This document shows positions 40,574 through 50,743 of a stretch of DNA of 64,000 nt, piece after piece. The DNA comes from Aureliella sp. (lineage in GTDB: Bacteria; Planctomycetota; Planctomycetia; Pirellulales; Pirellulaceae). How positions within the stretch are numbered: the stretch's first letter is position 1; the number at the start of each line of letters is the position of its first letter. Where the stretch lies: the NCBI GenBank assembly GCA_963691875.1, contig OY829846.1, forward strand, positions 4,384,001 to 4,448,000, written 5' to 3'. The position numbers and the translations under genes were made by a program. Under the pieces are notes generated by a model. It searched no databases, was not told the DNA's origin, and saw nothing but the letters and a program-made list of their open reading frames with translations.

Positions 40574-41196
40574 TGAGCGAAGCAATTTAGCCCAAGAACC
40601 GTGGGTTCGATAGTGGGGCTCGACAGGATTAACAGGATTAAATAGACGTTCCCAAGCGCTAGCAGTAGGTTTGTCCCCCAAACCCCAGCGCAGAATAAGT
40701 GCTCAAATGATCAGTATCGGGCTCGATTCTGTGAAGTTGTAGGGATTGTTTCGATTCTACTGGCCGCAGGCTTTGCCTAGCTTCCTGAGGCCGTGCAGGC
40801 GGCAAATTCATTACAACTGGTCGTCGTAAGTCCTTCCCACAAAAAAGCTTGCAGCACGCTCAAGCGTTTCTTTTCGACTGGCCGATACACGGTTCTGAAC
40901 GCATCTCAACTGTCCTCGACAGTCGGCGTTTAAAACTCAGGGGCGAGTATACGGAATTATTCGTCCAACCCGTTCGTGAACTCTGCCAGTCAGTAGTTTT
41001 GGCACTCAAGAGAACTCAGCCCTCTCTTAAAACAAGCCAGCCGCACCACGAAGCGAGCAACTCTGTTGTACGTTGCGGGGTCGGAGGGTGATTTCGACGA
41101 CTTCGTGCGTCGAAACCAATCTCGGCCAACTACACCCCCACAGGCTTAGAGCTCACTTACGAAATCAGAATCATCGTTTTAGGGAGTTGTGGCTCG

Positions 41197-42018
41197 ATGA
41201 AATCAAACATCGTTCTTGGATCCTTGCTGCTCGGCCTTTGCTTGAGCACCCCTAGCTTCGGCGACGGGCTTTTGGATCGACTTCTAGGACTGAAGGGTAG
41301 CGGTTGTGACAGCGCTTGTTGTGACACTGGATGCTCGGCTGATCCTAGCTGTGGTTGTGAAATCTCTGACTGCGGTGGCTGTGAGCCGTCCTGTGGTTGC
41401 GAAACTGCCTGCGGCGACTGCGAGCCATCTTGCGGTTGCGAAACTGCTTGCGGCGACTGCGAGCCATCCTGCGGATGCGAAACTGGTTGCGCTGATGCTT
41501 CTGCACCAAGTTGCGGATGCGAAGTTGCTTGCGATCCTTGCGGATGCAGCAAGAAGACTCGCCGCCCTCTTCTTGAGCTTCTGATGAAACTGAAGCCAAG
41601 CAAGAAGGGCTGCGATGACTGCTGCGAGCCATCTTGCGGTTGCGAAACTGCTTGCGGCGACTGCGAGCCATCCTGCGGATGCGAAACTGGTTGCGCTGAT
41701 GCTTGTGCACCAAGCTGCGGATGCGAAGTTGCTGACCCATGCGGTTGCGACGACGGATGCGACAGTGGATGTGGCATGAAGAAGAGCTGCGGTGGCCTGC
41801 TAGCTAAGCTGTTCAAGAAGAAGAGCAGCTGCTGTGACGCTGGTTGCGACGCTGCACCAACTTGCGGATGCGAAATCTCTGGCTGCAGCAGCTCTGGTTC
41901 AGATCCTGCTCCAGCCCCTGCTGCAGAAGCTGCTCCAATGCCGCCTGCACCAGTTGTAGACCCAAATGCTTTCTTGCAAAGCAATCGACGTGTCATTCAA
42001 ACTTCCTACGGTCGCTAA
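41197..42018 (+). CDS. Secreted cysteine-rich repeat protein (49 Cys in 273 aa)
   Basis: Signal peptide, tandem CEPSCGCETACGD units and a Pro/Ala linker. GGGAG Shine-Dalgarno upstream and a strong terminator downstream. Confidence 0.88.
   Translation: MKSNIVLGSLLLGLCLSTPSFGDGLLDRLLGLKGSGCDSACCDTGCSADPSCGCEISDCGGCEPSCGCETACGDCEPSCGCETACGDCEPSCGCETGCADASAPSCGCEVACDPCGCSKKTRRPLLELLMKLKPSKKGCDDCCEPSCGCETACGDCEPSCGCETGCADACAPSCGCEVADPCGCDDGCDSGCGMKKSCGGLLAKLFKKKSSCCDAGCDAAPTCGCEISGCSSSGSDPAPAPAAEAAPMPPAPVVDPNAFLQSNRRVIQTSYGR
41418..41733 (+). repeat. Intragenic 112-bp direct duplication plus 39-bp coding tandem units
   Basis: 41418-41529 and 41622-41733 differ at only 2 positions. The offset is 204 nt, which keeps the frame. 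Confidence 0.9.
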
Positions 42019-42055
42019 GCCCAGCTTAGAGATCTGGTAGATTTCAGATACGTTT

Positions 42056-42093
42056 AAAGCGGCCTATGTCTTCGGATGTGGGTCGCTTTTTTT
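42056..42093 (+). terminator. Intrinsic terminator of the Cys-rich gene
   Basis: GCGGCCTATGTC-TTCG-GATGTGGGTCGC stem with a cUUCGg tetraloop followed by T7. Confidence 0.88.
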
Positions 42094-42124
42094 ACGCGCT
42101 TCAGCAACCAACTCAAAATGTCTT

Positions 42125-43555
42125 ATGAGCAGCCAGAGATCGAAAGTCGATTGGTCGATGGTACTTGGCCCAGTGCTCTCACCGGCTGCTGGGATGCCTG
42201 AGTCGGAACTTAGCGAACTAGACGAGTGTGTTTTCCAGCATGCTCGACGTTCTATTCGGCCTCATCTTCAAAGTGCTCGCCCACTTCCGTTTGGGACGCT
42301 TTCAGTTCCTTGGTTTCCAGCTGGCCAATGGCTTGCGGATTCCGATCTTCGACCAGGGGCATTGTTACAGCATGCTGCAGGTGACTACTACGTCCAGGAT
42401 GCTGGTTCTTTCTTGGCGCTTGCTCTTTGTGACGTTCGGCCGGGACAAACTGTTGTTGATACTTGTGCGTCGCCAGGAGGCAAGGCAACGGCTCTTCTCG
42501 AAATGCTTTGCGGGCAAGGTGCTTTAGTTGCTAACGAAGTCATCGCTTCGCGGCTCGCGCAACTGCAAATTGCACTTGAGAGAACCGGACTTCCGAACTT
42601 TGTCGTGTCCAACGAGGAGCTTGAAAACTTAGCGGGACCACTTGGTGGTCAGGCCGACTTAGTATTGGTCGACGCCCCGTGCTCGGGGCAGTCGATGGTT
42701 GCCAAAGGCAAGCAATCCTTGTCCTCGTTCGCACCAGTTCAAATCGAGCACAACTCGGCTCGGCAAGCGAAACTTCTAGAGCAAGCCGTCAAGCTGGTAA
42801 GACCTGGCGGCAGATTGGTCTACTCGACCTGTACATTTTCTTTTGCCGAGAACGAAGCCATTATTGCAAAGTTACTTGAGGGTTCAGACGCTTGGTTGTC
42901 GGTCCGCGAGCCAAAGTTGGCGCAATGGGAATCCAAAGATTGGCCCGGGTGCTACCGCTTGTGGCCGCATAGGGATGGCTGTGCAGGCGCCTTTGCGGCG
43001 GCTTTGCAACGTAGGGCTTCTACAGACGCGATAGATTCCGATCTCGCAGGCTCAGCCTCGACCAAGTCGCGAGAATCTCTTTTTGAAGCAGTATCAAGTG
43101 ACGCTCTTCCTGCGCAGTGCTTGGACTGGGGGCTGTCACTTGAGGATCTTGAGTGTGAGGTATTTGAGCGACCACGAGCGTTCCGACGAGGTAGCAAGCA
43201 ATACCAACTTACGGAACTGCTTGGTTTTCCAAGGCAAATTCCACAACACTGGTTGCAGTTTGCCTACTCGGGGTCCCGAATCGCAGAGAGTTCTGCTCCC
43301 CTTCGTTCGGTCAAGCCACCGGTATGGGAACCCTGCTTTGCGTCGGCGAAGTTGGCAGGCGCAGAATCCAGTTCGATCGAACTTTCGGACGCTCAAGCGG
43401 CTAGCTACGTTGCCGGGGAATCCGTGCGAATCATGTCAGCATCGAAAGGCTGGTTACCTGTATCATGGGAAGGGCGAAGGCTGAGCTGGGGAAAGCTCGT
43501 CGGAGGCGTTCTCAAAAATCATTTCCCGAAAAATTTGAGGCAGCAAGTCGCGTAG
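42125..43555 (+). CDS. RsmF/RsmB(NOP2)-family RNA m5C methyltransferase
   Basis: YVQD, DTCASPGGK, DAPCSG and YSTCT motifs, plus an RsmF-like C-terminal KNHFPKNLR. Confidence 0.9.
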   Translation: MSSQRSKVDWSMVLGPVLSPAAGMPESELSELDECVFQHARRSIRPHLQSARPLPFGTLSVPWFPAGQWLADSDLRPGALLQHAAGDYYVQDAGSFLALALCDVRPGQTVVDTCASPGGKATALLEMLCGQGALVANEVIASRLAQLQIALERTGLPNFVVSNEELENLAGPLGGQADLVLVDAPCSGQSMVAKGKQSLSSFAPVQIEHNSARQAKLLEQAVKLVRPGGRLVYSTCTFSFAENEAIIAKLLEGSDAWLSVREPKLAQWESKDWPGCYRLWPHRDGCAGAFAAALQRRASTDAIDSDLAGSASTKSRESLFEAVSSDALPAQCLDWGLSLEDLECEVFERPRAFRRGSKQYQLTELLGFPRQIPQHWLQFAYSGSRIAESSAPLRSVKPPVWEPCFASAKLAGAESSSIELSDAQAASYVAGESVRIMSASKGWLPVSWEGRRLSWGKLVGGVLKNHFPKNLRQQVA

Positions 43556-43706
43556 TTCAGAGCTGCTGAACATCTGGTGCATGCCGACAAACGAAGTAAA
43601 ACAGGCTTCAAAACCGTCTACTCGCGAAAGTCGTTTTCCGCGACAATGTTATCCTAGGGCTCAAGATGAGTGAGTCCAAGAATCCATAGGGAAGTGGAGT
43701 TGTCGG

Positions 43707-46700
43707 ATGGCTGGCCGTAGGGCAAAGTATTTTTTTCGCGAGATTTCTAGGAATGGAAGTCTCCTTCGTCGAGCTAGTTCCTGTACTCTTCCAGCATTCT
43801 GTGCGATCGCGCTTCAGCTGGTTTGGGTAGGCAACAATATCTTTGCGCAAGACGCTAATCAATCGCGGGCATCAGTGCCAGCTCAAGCCGAGGGTCAGTC
43901 TGCAAAACAGGCGGGACAGACCGAGCTTCAGCGTCAGCAAGAGCGTCTGACAAATGAGATATCGGCTCGAGCCGCTGCCCTGCCAAGTAGTGCTTTGACG
44001 CCGGAGCAAAAAGCAGAAGTAGCAAAGCTCGATGCCGCTGTGATGGCCGCGCTGCAATCCGCAGGTGAACTTGCTGAGAAGACCCAGCAGCAGACAACGG
44101 ATGCAGCATCTGCAAAATCTCGGATCGAGGCAGCTCGTGCCGAGAAAGCTCGGCTGTCTCAAGCGAAGCCCAAATCTGATGTCACGTGGCTCCGCCTCGA
44201 CTATCAAGCAGGAGTCGCCGAATCGCAAGCTCTGGGGGCTCAGATTTCGACGCTGGAGTTACGACGAACCGATTTGAGTTCTGTTATCGCAGGCCGAGAG
44301 AAGCGGCGGCAGCAACTGGCCCAGCTGATCTCGGATGCAAAAAGTGCTCGCGAGCAAGTGGCGGCTGCAAAGCCCACTTTTGAAAAATCCGCTACCACGC
44401 TCTTGCAGCAAAGTGTTCTGGCTGAGTGGGAAGCAAGGCAGTTGCAAGCTGCACAGCAAGTAGGTGCTCTAGAAAGCGAGTTGCTGCTAATTGACGTTGA
44501 GTCGCCGTTGTTACCGTTGCAGTTAGAGACCTTGCAGATTCAGGAAAAGCTGCTGAAGGAGGAGCAAAGCGAACTCAACGACGCGATGAAAGCAAAGCGT
44601 TCGGCACGCATCTTTGAGTTTCACAATGAGTTCAGCGAGCTTGCGGCGGATGATACGGAGGTCCATGCAAGGCTTAAGTATTGGCTTGAAGTCATCGCAA
44701 AAGAAGAATCCGCCGCAGAGGAACTGACTTGGCTCTCGCTCGCACAGCAGCACGACCAGTTGCAGTTGCGAATCGAAAGTATGGATAAGGAAATGAAGCG
44801 TTGGCGCGTAGTGCGCGACAATATGCAGCTGCGGTTAGATCCCTCTTCGAATAAGGAATCAATTCCTGGTGCCAATGGCTGGGTTGTCAAGCGGCTTCGC
44901 GAGCAGCGAAAGGAATTGCCTTCTGCTGTAGGTCTAATGAGGGATCTGGCCGAGATTTATGAGACGGTCCAACTCGCACAATCGCTTGACTATGACCTGA
45001 CTGATCTGAGCAACCAGCTGGAAATATTGCAGGACACGGACAGAGCGGATCCGCGGCTGGAGGATATCGGTCGGCGCGTTCTGTCAGCGATGAAAGAAGA
45101 TGTTCGTGTTTTCCTGAATGACTTGTACAAGCTGGGAGACTTGACCGAGGAGACACTTCGGCTGAGCAACGAGTATCAAGCATTCATCGATAAGCAGCTC
45201 TTTTGGACGCCCAACGCAGACTTGCTGTCTTTAGGAGATCTAGCAGACACCTCAGGTGCATCTATCTGGCTAATCAGTCCTGCGAACTGGACTTTGGTAG
45301 TGGCGATTGTACTTGACGACGCAAGACAGTATCCTTTCTGGTGGATCGCATTCGCGTTAGCTCTCCTGTTGCTTGGAATGAATCGTGTGCGCCTGCAGCA
45401 GAGTCTGGAGAAGGTATCGGTTAAGGCTCACCGCAATACCTGCACTGACTTTGACCTCAGTCTGCGCGGGCTGGCCGACACGGTACTCATATCGGTGCCG
45501 TTTCCATTGATATTGCTATTCGTCGCCTGGAGATTGAATGTTTCGGCAGAGGGCGATTCTCGCGAGTTCTGCACAGCGCTCTCTGCAGGCCTCATGTTGG
45601 CTACAGCAGCGCTTTTTCCGATGAGTTTGCTACGACAAATCTGTGTTCCGCAAGGCTTGGGAAGGATGCACTTTGGCTGGGGAGAGGCACAGACGCGTCA
45701 GCTGCATCAGCACTTGAGATGGTTGATCAACTTCTCTGTTCCGCTCTTGCTTGTTATTGGAGCACTGGTTGCGCAGTCGGAGGCAAAGTGGGAGGAGTCA
45801 CTCGGGCGGATAGCGTTTTTGGTTTTAATGGTGCTGCTAAGTGTGTTCTTTGGGTTTATCTTCCATCCGCGTCGCGGCGTATTTGCGGAGATCCTGCAGC
45901 AGCGAAGTGGTGGTTGGTTAGATCGGCTGAGGTTTATATGGTATCCAGCGCTGAGTATTGCACCTGTGGCTCTGGGAGTGCTTAGTACACTCGGTTATCA
46001 CTACACTTCACAACAACTAGCAACTCGGCTCGACAGGACCTTGTGGATGATTGTCTTGTTGACGGTGACCTATTGCTTGATGCGCCGGTGGCTACTCCTA
46101 AACCGCCGGAAGATCATGATGGATCAAGCTCGTCAGCGTCTGGAAGAGGCGGCGAAGCTTCGGGAGCAGGGCCAGCAAGCTTCAACGCCGATCAAGGGCG
46201 TTGAAGATGAAGAAGTGAATCTAGTTGCCATCAACGAGCAGACGCGCAGGCTGATCAAGAGTCTGTTCGTGACTTGTGGGCTTCTGTGGGCGTACTGGAT
46301 CTGGGCCGACGTACTGCCCGCTATCCTTGTGCTCGATCGTGTGGCGATATGGCCCCTGAATGAAACGGAGTCCATTTCGCTCGCAGATCTTTTGCTGGTG
46401 GTACCGATCTTGGTCCTTACCGTCATTGCGACGCGGAATGTTCCGGGACTGCTTGAGATCGCGCTGTTGCAGCATCTACCCCTGGCCCGAGCGGCTCGCT
46501 ACGCGATTACGACGCTAGCAAGTTACGCAATAGCTGCTTTAGGGTTGGTTTTGGCCAGTGCTAATATCGGTCTGACCTGGGCCAGCATTCAGTGGTTGGT
46601 CGCGGGGCTTGGAGTTGGGCTTGGTTTTGGCATGCAGGAGATCTTTGCCAACTTTATATCAGGAGTCATTTTATTGTTCGAGCAACCGATTCGAGTTGGC

Positions 46701-47180
46701 GATGTCGTGACGATCGATGGGACGACAGGAACCGTTGCTCGAATTCGAATACGAGCGACCACGATTGTGAACTGGGACCGCCAAGAGCTTATTGTGCCTA
46801 ATAAGGAGTTGATTACTGGGAAGCTTATCAACTGGACCTTGTCCGATACGACCAATCGGGTTGTAGTCAATGTTGGTATTGCCTACGGCAGCGATACCAA
46901 AGAAGCTTGCGATGCGGTGAAGGAGATCTGCTCGCAGCATCCGAACATCATGAAAGATCCTGGGCCGATCGTGACATTCGAAGGCTTTGGAGACAACACG
47001 CTGAATCTAGTGCTTCGAGCTTATTTGGCTACGCTCGACAATCGTCTTTCAACGGTGCACCAGCTACACGAGCAGATCTATCAGGAGTTTGACCGGAGAA
47101 AGATTGAGATCGCGTTTCCGCAGCTCGACCTGCATCTGCGCTCAATGCCCGAGCAAAGTGCTGGTGGTGTTTCGAGCTAG
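43707..47180 (+). CDS. MscK/KefA-like large MscS-family mechanosensitive channel
   Basis: Long periplasmic coiled-coil region and multiple TM helices, then GVGLGFGMQEIFANFISG, PIRVGD, IRATT, VPNK and IAFPQ. Confidence 0.92.
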   Translation: MAGRRAKYFFREISRNGSLLRRASSCTLPAFCAIALQLVWVGNNIFAQDANQSRASVPAQAEGQSAKQAGQTELQRQQERLTNEISARAAALPSSALTPEQKAEVAKLDAAVMAALQSAGELAEKTQQQTTDAASAKSRIEAARAEKARLSQAKPKSDVTWLRLDYQAGVAESQALGAQISTLELRRTDLSSVIAGREKRRQQLAQLISDAKSAREQVAAAKPTFEKSATTLLQQSVLAEWEARQLQAAQQVGALESELLLIDVESPLLPLQLETLQIQEKLLKEEQSELNDAMKAKRSARIFEFHNEFSELAADDTEVHARLKYWLEVIAKEESAAEELTWLSLAQQHDQLQLRIESMDKEMKRWRVVRDNMQLRLDPSSNKESIPGANGWVVKRLREQRKELPSAVGLMRDLAEIYETVQLAQSLDYDLTDLSNQLEILQDTDRADPRLEDIGRRVLSAMKEDVRVFLNDLYKLGDLTEETLRLSNEYQAFIDKQLFWTPNADLLSLGDLADTSGASIWLISPANWTLVVAIVLDDARQYPFWWIAFALALLLLGMNRVRLQQSLEKVSVKAHRNTCTDFDLSLRGLADTVLISVPFPLILLFVAWRLNVSAEGDSREFCTALSAGLMLATAALFPMSLLRQICVPQGLGRMHFGWGEAQTRQLHQHLRWLINFSVPLLLVIGALVAQSEAKWEESLGRIAFLVLMVLLSVFFGFIFHPRRGVFAEILQQRSGGWLDRLRFIWYPALSIAPVALGVLSTLGYHYTSQQLATRLDRTLWMIVLLTVTYCLMRRWLLLNRRKIMMDQARQRLEEAAKLREQGQQASTPIKGVEDEEVNLVAINEQTRRLIKSLFVTCGLLWAYWIWADVLPAILVLDRVAIWPLNETESISLADLLLVVPILVLTVIATRNVPGLLEIALLQHLPLARAARYAITTLASYAIAALGLVLASANIGLTWASIQWLVAGLGVGLGFGMQEIFANFISGVILLFEQPIRVGDVVTIDGTTGTVARIRIRATTIVNWDRQELIVPNKELITGKLINWTLSDTTNRVVVNVGIAYGSDTKEACDAVKEICSQHPNIMKDPGPIVTFEGFGDNTLNLVLRAYLATLDNRLSTVHQLHEQIYQEFDRRKIEIAFPQLDLHLRSMPEQSAGGVSS

Positions 47181-47364
47181 GACGAAAAAAGAAAGTCAGT
47201 AGCGCGGGCTACTGGCCTTGGGGTGATGCAAAATATAGTTAAGACTGGGCGAGGGTCGGGAAACCGAAGATGCGAACGGCGCAATGGTAACTGAGCTCGT
47301 CAAGAGCTTAGGCATATTCTTGGTCGGCGAGGCAAGCTGCGGTTTCCAGTGCGTAACGCTGCGC

Positions 47365-49380
47365 CTACTTTGCTGAGGCGAGCCACGCTTGGACATCTGC
47401 ATCGCTGGGCATACGCCAGTCCCCGCGAGGGGAAAGACTTACGCTACCGACCTTGGGGCCATCTGGAACGCAGGAACGCTTGAACTGATTGGCAAAGAAT
47501 CGCTTCAGAAACGTTTTAAGCGTTTCGCGTATTTCGTCTTCGGTAAACGGCTGTGAAAACTCCGCCAGTGATGCCAAGTGTAAGATGCGCTGCGGTGAAG
47601 TGCCGTAACGAATAAGCTGATAGAGGAAGAAGTCGTGTAGCTCGTATGACCCGATGGATTCTTCTGTTCTCTGCTGGATTTCTCCGTCCTGCGACGGCGG
47701 AAGTAATTCTGGCGAAATCGGTGTATCCGCAATCGCAAGCAGGCAATTGCTGGCAGAGCCAGTGAATTGATGTTCGGCCAAGTAGCGAACTAGGAAACGC
47801 ACCAAAGTCTTGGGGATCGATGTGTTGACGTTGTACATCGACATGTGGTCACCATTATAAGTGCTCCACCCTAGCGCCTGTTCAGACAAGTCACCGGTGC
47901 CCAGAACAAAACCTCGGCTCATTAAGATCAAAGTGCGTGTCCTGGCTTGAACATTCTCAAACACCAAGTCGTTGAGCTTATCCGGAGAAAGTCGTCCAAG
48001 TTGCTCGACAAACTGCTCTCGACTTTGATCGCCTATTTCAATTCCGAAGGGCTGATGCTGAAGTGCTCGAAAAGTATCCAAGCACAAAGTGCGAATGTCA
48101 ATTTCTTCGGAATCGACGGCCAAGTGATCCATCAACTCATGAGCGGCACTCAACGTCTTATCGGTCGTTCCAAAGCCAGGCATTGTGATGGCATGAATAC
48201 GAGAGCTCGGCCAACCTTGTTGTTCACAAGTCTTGGCGGCAACGAGCAAAGCTAATGTGCTATCGAGTCCGCCTGAGACGCCGATGTTCAGCTTCATGTC
48301 ATTTGGTAACTTGCGCAATCTTTGTGCGAGGGCGGCGCACTGAATACCAAAGATCTCGGCACATCGCTGATGCAACTCCGGGCCCGCGGCGGGGACAAAC
48401 GGTCGCGCGTTCACTCGACGAAGGTTGCCCGAGTTCTGGCGCGGAGCTTCAATTTCGATGCGGCGAAAGTCCGCTCGGAGACGTTGCGTTGCCTGTTGCC
48501 AGCTGACGGCGATCTGCCGGTCGTGCGTGAGTTTTTGCAAGTCGACGTCGGCGGTGGCGCTGCTCTTCTCGAGCCATCCGCAGCCTTGTTCGCCAATGCG
48601 TTTTGATTCGGCAAGCACCGCGCCATTCTCAGCGATCAGGCAATGACCTCCGAAGACTACATCGGTGCTTGATTCGGTTGGTCCCGCGCTAGCGTAGGCG
48701 TAAGCAGCCAAGCAGCGCCCTGCTTGGCTACGAATCAGAGTCTTTCGCCAAGCTGCTTTCCCGATCAATTCATTGCTAGCGGAGAGATTGACTAGCAAGT
48801 TCGCTCCAGAGGCGGCTTGCAGGCTGCTCGGTGGAACTGGCATCCAGAGATCTTCGCAAAGCTCCATTCCGACAATTAGTTGATCCCATTGGACGAGCAG
48901 GTCAATACCGAAGGGCACGGTTCCAAATACATCGAGCTCGACCTGTCCCGGCTCTGATCCATCGGCTGCACAAAACCAACGAGCCTCGTAGAACTCTTGG
49001 TAATTTGGCAAATACTGCTTCGGTACGAAACCTAAGACTTCGCCATCGAAGATCGCCGCTGCGCAGTTGTACAACCTGCCATCGACGCGTAGTGGCAAGC
49101 CGACGACGACAAGTTGCTGACCAACTTCGGAAGCAACGGACTGGAGTCCCTCTAGGCAGGAGCGCAGCAGTGGTTCTTGCGCAAATAAATCTCCGCAGGT
49201 GTAGCCCGACAGCGATAGCTCGCCAAAAACGATGATGTCACTTTCGGCGTGTGATCTTAGGGCTTCAATACACGCAGCAGCATTGGCCGGTGGATTGGCG
49301 ATTGCGGTTCGATGCGAGACGGCGGTGACTCTGACGAATCCAGGTTCGCGTCCCAGTGCATTGGTGTTTTCGTTTCTCAT
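47365..49380 (-). CDS. nadE: Glutamine-dependent NAD+ synthetase
   Basis: Nitrilase-like domain (ELSLSGY, PKQYLPNY, ELCEDLW) plus SGGLDST, ENVQAR, GTGDLSE and QFKRS. Confidence 0.96.
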   Translation of the reverse strand: MRNENTNALGREPGFVRVTAVSHRTAIANPPANAAACIEALRSHAESDIIVFGELSLSGYTCGDLFAQEPLLRSCLEGLQSVASEVGQQLVVVGLPLRVDGRLYNCAAAIFDGEVLGFVPKQYLPNYQEFYEARWFCAADGSEPGQVELDVFGTVPFGIDLLVQWDQLIVGMELCEDLWMPVPPSSLQAASGANLLVNLSASNELIGKAAWRKTLIRSQAGRCLAAYAYASAGPTESSTDVVFGGHCLIAENGAVLAESKRIGEQGCGWLEKSSATADVDLQKLTHDRQIAVSWQQATQRLRADFRRIEIEAPRQNSGNLRRVNARPFVPAAGPELHQRCAEIFGIQCAALAQRLRKLPNDMKLNIGVSGGLDSTLALLVAAKTCEQQGWPSSRIHAITMPGFGTTDKTLSAAHELMDHLAVDSEEIDIRTLCLDTFRALQHQPFGIEIGDQSREQFVEQLGRLSPDKLNDLVFENVQARTRTLILMSRGFVLGTGDLSEQALGWSTYNGDHMSMYNVNTSIPKTLVRFLVRYLAEHQFTGSASNCLLAIADTPISPELLPPSQDGEIQQRTEESIGSYELHDFFLYQLIRYGTSPQRILHLASLAEFSQPFTEDEIRETLKTFLKRFFANQFKRSCVPDGPKVGSVSLSPRGDWRMPSDADVQAWLASAK

Positions 49381-49556
49381 GAGCTTAATCTTCTTTGCCG
49401 CGAGCCATTTTGAACAGTCGGTATTTGGAGTTGGAGCGGGTTGGAACGGAAGTTACTCGTTGGCCTTAGTACGGGCCGCGATGAAACCGTCCATCGCCTA
49501 CAGGAGCCAAAGGCCTTTGTCATGGTCCGATTTGGCTGAAACGACCAATTGTCTGA

Positions 49557-49910
49557 TCAAGTTGCTTCTGCCCAAGGGTCCTGCCAATTTCGCGGCGGCA
49601 TCGGGTATTCGTATGAGTGCTTGCCTTGCTCTGCGGTAATCTCGAAAGATAGATTCCAGTGCTCAATCGCATCTGCTCTGCGACCCAGCAAAACTAGCTT
49701 GCTGCAGTACTCGCGAGAAAAATATGTCAGGATGGTGAACGAGCTAAGAACTAATATCGAGACTTTGGATTGAAACCAATCGACGGAGACTGACTCGACA
49801 GAGGAGGTGTTGAGATCCGCCTCGTCTTGCGCAAGCGAATTTGTTTGCCCAAAGGCTGCAAGCAGCGCAAGGCTCAGTGCTGCGGTGCAGTGTTTTGCGT
49901 TGTTTTGCAT
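49557..49910 (-). CDS. Hypothetical small secreted protein or gene remnant
   Basis: ATG 49910 follows a GGGGGA purine run and encodes a signal-peptide-like N-terminus (AALSLALLAAFGQTNSLAQD). The downstream part has no recognisable motif. Confidence 0.3.
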   Translation of the reverse strand: MQNNAKHCTAALSLALLAAFGQTNSLAQDEADLNTSSVESVSVDWFQSKVSILVLSSFTILTYFSREYCSKLVLLGRRADAIEHWNLSFEITAEQGKHSYEYPMPPRNWQDPWAEAT

Positions 49911-49932
49911 GAGATCCCCCTGGGGTAAGAAC

Positions 49933-50700
49933 TTAGTCAGCCTGGCCCTCTTGTTTCGCAACTCTTTCTTCTCGTCGTAGTTCAACTTGATTACTGTGCT
50001 CTCGATCACCTGTTGCACCGACGCGGCGCCGGTCAAGTCGCGAAATGTTTTCAAGCTTGCCGTAGATGATTAAAGTGTCGCCAGCTTGGACTTTGTCATT
50101 AGCGCGGGGGATTCCTTGAAACCCTTTGCTACGGTGAATGCCAAGGATCAAGATGCCTTCGTCGGCCAATCGCATTTCTCTTAGGACTCGCCCGGCCAGC
50201 CAATGGTTCGTTTCGATCATCATCTCGCTAACAGCATATCCATCCGCCAGCTGCAAGAGAGATTGGTAGTCTCGAACATCAAGGTCAGTAAAAGTCTTTA
50301 GCGACCAGCCAATGATTTTGTTCATCTGCCGTTCCACCCAGCGGCTGGAAAAAAAGAAAAACAGCAGAACGACGCCACCAGTCAGAATTGCCAGTATGAG
50401 TAGCTTACGTTCCCAGGGAGCGTCAGTTGCGCTGCCAAAGGAAAGCATCACTGTGGCGGCGACGGTCGCAATGCCGATGTTTCCCAGCAACATCAAGATC
50501 ATTACGATGCGACGGCGTACCGGATGGTTGACTATGTTTTCAGCTTCATCCGTCGTGTAACCGCAGCAAGAGAAGGCGGATCTTGCCTGAAACATGGCAG
50601 CTTCTCGGGAAAGTCCCGTAAACATCAAAGCAAGAGCGGCGATGCGAGTCACAATGAGCGAAATGCTCAAAGCAATCAGTAGTGAAAAGACTCCGACCAC
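49933..50700 (-). CDS. Membrane protein with TrkA-C (RCK_C) domain
   Basis: TGLSREAAMFQARSAF, GYTTDEAE and NHPVRRRI, with a C-terminal RCK_C (GILILGIHR...GDTLIIYG). Start moved to GTG 50700. Confidence 0.88.
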   Translation of the reverse strand: MVGVFSLLIALSISLIVTRIAALALMFTGLSREAAMFQARSAFSCCGYTTDEAENIVNHPVRRRIVMILMLLGNIGIATVAATVMLSFGSATDAPWERKLLILAILTGGVVLLFFFFSSRWVERQMNKIIGWSLKTFTDLDVRDYQSLLQLADGYAVSEMMIETNHWLAGRVLREMRLADEGILILGIHRSKGFQGIPRANDKVQAGDTLIIYGKLENISRLDRRRVGATGDREHSNQVELRREERVAKQEGQAD

Positions 50701-50743
50701 GTGTGATATGCTTTCTCTTGGGGTTTCTTTGAGGAGAAGTGTG

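Noticed and set aside
41380..41740. Periodic 39-bp repeats resembling a CRISPR array
   Set aside because: Units are contiguous in-frame codon repeats without unique spacers, and there are no cas genes.
41157..41996. 279-aa antisense ORF rich in Gln/Pro/Ser
   Set aside because: Shadow of the repetitive Cys-rich gene. The signal peptide, Shine-Dalgarno and terminator all support the plus strand.
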